Below, in pieces: positions 58,884 to 64,000 of a DNA stretch of 64,000 bases. The translations under genes and the position numbers were made by a program. The stretch comes from Batkoa obscura (lineage: Eukaryota): the NCBI GenBank assembly GCA_030770535.1, contig JASVEC010000002.1:1-64000 (forward strand), in the 5' to 3' direction. The notes beneath the pieces were generated by a model, which saw only the letters and a list, made by a program, of their open reading frames with translations, was not told the origin of the DNA and ran no database searches. Numbering within the stretch: position 1 is the stretch's first letter; every line of letters begins with the position of its first letter.

Positions 58884-60764
58884 TTACTCAAGAATAACTG
58901 AAGGAATAAATAATTTGGCAGAGAAAGTAAAAACAGAACCTCTTCCTTTACAAGAGCGTATGGCCATATTACCATGGAATAACTTGATATAATAACTTAA
59001 CATCCAGAAGCCTAAGCCTAATTCAATGTTGTTTGATAAGTCGGTAACTAATTTATCATCATTATCGCTTAATGTTCTAGTATCACAATCGATTTGATTA
59101 ATAGCACGTATAATCTTAGATACTTGATCATTACGCATACCAATACCAAAGTCAACCACATGGAAATAAAATACTTTTCTAGAATAAGTTTTCGGCAATG
59201 TAGGATCAGTTTCAATAGGATAAACCAAGTTCTCCACATTAGAGATAAAAGAAGGATTGTATTGACTATCAAAAGTACAACATCTTGGATCTTTTAAGAA
59301 AGGAATGAATGCTGCTGGTGGATCTTCATTTAGGGAGATAAAAATCGAGACATCTTGATCTCTAGTACTGTATTTGATAGAGTTATTGAGTAATATAGAC
59401 ATGGCCTGTTTTAACCTTAGTTGGTCACCTATGATAAATTGTGGAGTATCAGGTAATACATTGAGATGAAGTTGAATGTTTTTTGTTTTTGCATAATTAG
59501 ATTGCTGTTCAAATACACCAGTTACTAGTTGATTTATGTTTAGTGTCTGGTTAATAAGGGTTAATTGATTAGATTCAATCTTAACAGATTCATCTAAGTT
59601 TAATAAGATACCATCTAATTGATTAAAGTAATTATTTATATAATTGAATTGTATTGTTTGTTCTTCATTTAAGTTATTATGTTGGGCTATAGCTTGTAAA
59701 CACTGCTTAATATACTTAAGTGGATCATTTAGTTCTTTATTTAAATGCGTAATCAATTTCGACTTAAATTGATTATTAATATCGGCATCCTGTTTTAATT
59801 GATACAAGTTATGATTATTACGCATTTGATTTTGAATCTTCTTTAAATGATATGATTCCAATTGAATTTGTCTTGCTTGTTGTAAAGCAATTTCTAATTG
59901 TACTAACACATCCTCAAACATCTCAAGATCTTCTTCATTCAAAATGATACTCTCTTGCTCATAAAACCCCAAGATAAAACCTTTACCACCATTTTCACTC
60001 ATTTCAAAGGACATGGCTAAGCCACTCTTAAATAAAGCACCTCTTTGTTTATTGACTAATTCTACCATATCATTACAATTCAAATGTAAAGTACAAGTAG
60101 TACAAATAATCTTTTTGACAATATCATTGTTTGGGTCCATGTTAATAGTTTTCCAATAATGAGCTTTGATACCGGAATTTTCTTTGACCTGATTATGAGT
60201 CTGGATATACTCAGAATAACAAATGAGATCACCATTGACCTCATCAGGTAAAAAAATTGCTAAGCCACTGAAATTCAAATTGACACTTAACTCATGGACT
60301 ACTACGTCACAAATCACCTCCACGTCCAATTTTTTACGGATTTGATTGGTGATTTTACGGAACTTTCTTAACACGTCATTAGCAACTTGTAAACTTTGTT
60401 CATGTTTTATACGGAAGCCTAATTCTTCTTGAAGCAATGCAGTTTTTACAGGTAATGAAAATACTTTTGGGATAACAAAGATAAGAACACAGGCGGTAGC
60501 AAAAGACACAATAGCACACAAAACTTTAGAAGCTAATAAAACTGGGTCCGTTCGGGTCCATGGTACCCATATAGCTACTAAATGAGTAATACCACAAGCA
60601 GTAATAAAAACTTCAAAAAATACTAAAACATATTTAAAAGGCAAAGGACGTGTCAATGAACGTTGAAAAAACCATATTTCAATTGGAATAGCAAAATAAG
60701 ATAAACAAATGATAATGTCAGATACTACAGTACCTATAACTATTGGGTCAGAAAGATCCAACAT
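58884..60764 (-). CDS. Ethylene-receptor (ETR1/ERS)-like histidine-kinase homolog: 3-TM sensor + GAF + degenerate HisKA + HATPase, no receiver
   Basis: SDIIICLSYFAIP, FITACGITH and K..CA.VS..TA..L match the ETR1 ethylene-binding domain. Also IRKKLD...I (GAF entry), GDQLRLKQ...NSIKY, DFGIGM, LGLG and GRGSVFTF. Confidence 0.9.
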   Translation of the reverse strand: MLDLSDPIVIGTVVSDIIICLSYFAIPIEIWFFQRSLTRPLPFKYVLVFFEVFITACGITHLVAIWVPWTRTDPVLLASKVLCAIVSFATACVLIFVIPKVFSLPVKTALLQEELGFRIKHEQSLQVANDVLRKFRKITNQIRKKLDVEVICDVVVHELSVNLNFSGLAIFLPDEVNGDLICYSEYIQTHNQVKENSGIKAHYWKTINMDPNNDIVKKIICTTCTLHLNCNDMVELVNKQRGALFKSGLAMSFEMSENGGKGFILGFYEQESIILNEEDLEMFEDVLVQLEIALQQARQIQLESYHLKKIQNQMRNNHNLYQLKQDADINNQFKSKLITHLNKELNDPLKYIKQCLQAIAQHNNLNEEQTIQFNYINNYFNQLDGILLNLDESVKIESNQLTLINQTLNINQLVTGVFEQQSNYAKTKNIQLHLNVLPDTPQFIIGDQLRLKQAMSILLNNSIKYSTRDQDVSIFISLNEDPPAAFIPFLKDPRCCTFDSQYNPSFISNVENLVYPIETDPTLPKTYSRKVFYFHVVDFGIGMRNDQVSKIIRAINQIDCDTRTLSDNDDKLVTDLSNNIELGLGFWMLSYYIKLFHGNMAIRSCKGRGSVFTFSAKLFIPSVILE

Positions 60765-62580
60765 ATTGATATATATATATTTTTTTTATAAATTAAGTTT
60801 GTTGAAATCATTTGTTTATTATTTAAAGCTTTTTATATGTCTAACTTTAGGTTTATTTTGAGTATTTTTTATTTGTATACACCCCTTACTTTTACTCCAT
60901 GTTTAATAAGGGAACCATGTTTTTAGAATGCAGGAAAAGAGGATATTATTTGTCTGGATGGCATCAAAATCGAAATTAAAATTAAAACTTGTATAAAATT
61001 TAAAAAGAACTTGTTAATTACATCTATTATAAAATTTATATTATTAAATTATGATATAAACAGTATAGAAATAAGTATAATATAATTTTATTTATATTAT
61101 TTTACTTTGAATCTTCACGTAAAAAGCCCAATTTAATAAAGTAGTATTGGTCTTCCATTACTCCTTAAACAAAGATTAAAAGAAGTTAACTTTTTTATAC
61201 ATTTTATTTTCAAACATAGTAATTTTACATACTAAAAATCACAGTTACTAATAGATTATTAAAATTTGTAACAACAATACTGATCGAACAGTCTAAGTCT
61301 AGTATCTATAAATTATATTAATCTTTAGTTAATCGGAGTTGTAATACATTGAGCTTATTAACTTGAATTCTATATTTTTTTAAAACATTTTATATAAAAT
61401 GTAAGTTTAGTTAAAAAGATAAGTAAGATAGATTAATAACAAATTTAATAAACAAGTTATGTTGTGTTGATTGAGATACTATTGTTTTTAATAAATAGAA
61501 GGGAAATTAAAGAAGATCTAGATATTTATAAGATTTAATTAGCATTTATTCAAAATTGAAGAATTAAAAAATTAATACTAGCATAATAAAGCATAAAAAT
61601 ATAATAAAAATCATTTTTAGTCACCACTTATTTTAATTCAAATATTATTTTTATTAATGCATGTATCTAACTTTTAAAACAACAATAATATGGTGACTAT
61701 AAAATTTATGCTAATTAATATAAATACTTTATTAACATATTAATTATGTTTTATAAGAGATTAATCCCTTGATCCTTAAACTCATTATTATTATTGTATA
61801 AAATCAAATAAATTATAACAAATTAAGCTAAGGAAGTACATTCCTTATAAAAAGGAGAGAATAAGGTAACTTGATAATTACTGTAGTCAATTAAGCTAGT
61901 AATATTTCATAAGAAGGGATAAGCAAGATAGGAAATACATCAAGTTTATCAATAGAGTTAGATGTTTGATATTAATAGATTGTGATTGTGCATATATAGT
62001 TAGTATTATAAAACTCAGTTCAAAAATAATTATTTTTTCAATAAAAGAAACTAACGAGGTTATCTTTAAAGATTAAGAGTAAAAAGGAAATAAACACTAA
62101 GCTTGGTTTGTTTTTAAAGGGTGGGTAGTAATTTAATACGATTAAAAGCTTAGAATAGTTTATTTGCGATCCTTTTTTATTTTAAAAAAAATGTAAAAAT
62201 ACTAAATTGAATAAAATCAGGAGCAGTCAAAAAAGTCATAGTAATAATAATAAAGTATCATGAAGAATAAAAATAATTTAAAGCTGTTTATTATTTAAAA
62301 ATAGATAATTAATAATACAAATGTACTTCATAATAATAAAATGTAATCAAAAGTATATTAATCTTTTTAGAAATAATATAAAACGTTGCATTTACTCACA
62401 AATTCCTTACAGTTGCAATTTTGTCTTAGTGTTCTCATGAAAGCCACCTGTTTAACTACTAATCAATTTTTAAATTGAAGTCACTTTCTTCTTACCCATC
62501 TTACTTTAACTCATTTCATTTCATTCTAGAATCGGCTGTAGTTAAGATGGCTTTGCTTTTTTTAAATTTTCTGTCAACGT

Positions 62581-62681
62581 TGGGAGATGTATTTTTGTAT
62601 TTAAGAATTTTACTGACAATTTTTCTACATAAATAGCGCTTAAAAAATGGAAAAATAATGAAACTAAAAAAACAGTCCCAT
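62581..62681 (+). mobile_element. MITE-like element, family 1 (orientation A)
   Basis: GGAGATGTATTTTTGTATTTAAGAATTTTACT...AAATAGCGCTTAAAAAATGG...GTCCCAT. Confidence 0.8.
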
Positions 62682-63608
62682 TTTTATATTAGCTCATGAA
62701 TATATATATTACCTTATCAAAAATTTGCTATAAAAGAAAATTAACAGAAAGTTAACTACAACCAACTCTCTATGATGCTTTCTTAACAACAAGCATTTGA
62801 GTTTTGGCTTTTTTATAATATTTAAAAAAAAACAAGTCACTTTTATTAAAAATATTAAGATTGAAGAAATTCAAAATTGTTTTTTATAAATGGTCTAAAA
62901 TATTGTTCACATTTATTGTTAAAAACGAAAATGAGTAAATTGATTAAATTTGTTAGATGGACTTCATTAACCTGAGGCTTAATATTTTCCTGATTATAGT
63001 TCTTTACCGAAAAGAAACAGATCAATCTAGCATTAAGGCGCTTGAACATAACTAAGGCTAACAAGGCCTTGTTTTTGAAGAAGGGTTTCTGAGTCTGCTA
63101 AAGGGTCATGTAATTGTTAGGCATCAACATATAGTCTTCTTAGTGTTTATTATATATTCCATTAACTATTTGGTTTGTAAAACCTTTAGTAAATAGGGAT
63201 GTCTTTTATTGCCTTTTCTTATTGTTCTTAAAATTAGAAAAATTAACTAATGCATTCGTTTAAGTTTACATGTGCACGATCAGGTAATAAATTTTATAGC
63301 TAATAATTTACTCTTTATAGTATTTTTGAGGGCTATTAATTTAATTTTTGTTCGAAATAAACAGTTAGCTATCACACATCCAAGCTTGAACAGTATACTA
63401 ATTAATTAATTTCTAATTTTAAAAAATAGTAAAAAGGACAATTGGCAAAAAATATCCCCAAATATTATTTATCATGTTAATAATTAAGAAATCATTTCTG
63501 TTTCTAGACATAATTAAAAGTTCTTAGTAAATACTTTAGACACATAACTTTTAATTTTTATTGTAAGAAAGATAAGTTAGGATAAATGTAGAAAAAATAG
63601 AAGATATT

Positions 63609-63694
63609 CGGGGACACCTTCTTTGGTTTCATTTATTTTTTCATTTCTTAAGCGCTATTAAGTGGAAATAATATCAATAGAATGCTTAAACAAA
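63609..63694 (-). mobile_element. Degenerate family-1 MITE (orientation B)
   Basis: TTGGTTTCATT...TTAAGCGCTATTAAGTGGAAA...CTTAAACAAAA. Confidence 0.6.
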
Positions 63695-63926
63695 AGAGGG
63701 ATACTTATGTGTATTCCTATAAAAATTCGGTGAGTTTCTTTATTTCAAATTAAATTGAAAGTAAAACGATAATGAAATAAAAAACACTCTATAATTGTTT
63801 TTATTTAACTTTCTATTTATTTTATACATATTGTAATATGCAATCTAAATCTAAAGTCTAAAAATATTTCTAAACAATTTTTTGATATTAAATTTATCTG
63901 GATATTCTAACAGGTGTTTGATTTGT

Positions 63927-64000
63927 TATGGGGATGTTTTTTTGGCTTCATTACTTTTTTCATCCTTTAAGTGCTATTTGAGTGGAAAAATTACTAGTAA
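63927..64000 (-). mobile_element. Family-1 MITE (orientation B), truncated by the window end
   Basis: ATGGGGATGTTTTTTTGGCTTCATTACTTTT...GAGTGGAAAAATTACTAGTAA. Confidence 0.8.

Noticed and set aside
2629..60764. Alternative genetic code or frameshifted pseudogenes suggested by fragmented ORFs
   Set aside because: The breaks examined are explained by short GT-AG introns that restore conserved motifs under the standard code.
54014..60764. Horizontally acquired island of bacterial-like genes (TrhO, PHP, TspO-like, HK)
   Set aside because: Composition matches the host, two genes have introns, orientations are mixed and there is no operon-like signature. Each family has eukaryotic members, so phylogenies would be needed to claim transfer.

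Overview
This is the end of an AT-rich eukaryotic chromosome, most likely from an early-diverging fungus. Short GT-AG introns, (TTAGGG)n telomeres, 7TM-RGS genes and an ethylene-receptor homolog suggest Zoopagomycota/Entomophthoromycotina, but that is inference. The window opens with ~800 bp of telomere joined directly to a solo-LTR-like element and a second, partly inverted copy of it. About 26 protein-coding genes follow: proline iminopeptidase, SIL1, PI31, two expansin-like/CBM19 paralogs, a P450, a bZIP factor, SCO1, two 7TM-RGS paralogs flanking an UNC-93-like MFS gene, ERG25, UTP11, GPI-PLD, PTR2, cystinosin, VPS9, glyoxylate reductase, a KDEL-bearing Shewanella-like phosphatase, a PAK/STE20 kinase, a TrhO-like rhodanese, a membrane PHP phosphoesterase, a TspO-like protein, an ETR1-like receptor and two hypotheticals. 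Intergenic DNA carries ~17 copies of a ~100-bp MITE-like element, often in inverted pairs, plus a 200-bp foldback. The most notable observations are the telomere-LTR junction with a telomere-facing TATA box, the ethylene receptor homolog lacking its H-box histidine and receiver domain, gene-conversion tracts between the 7TM-RGS paralogs, and a bacterial-type TrhO with a mitochondrial-like presequence. Exon boundaries were read by eye and are approximate.
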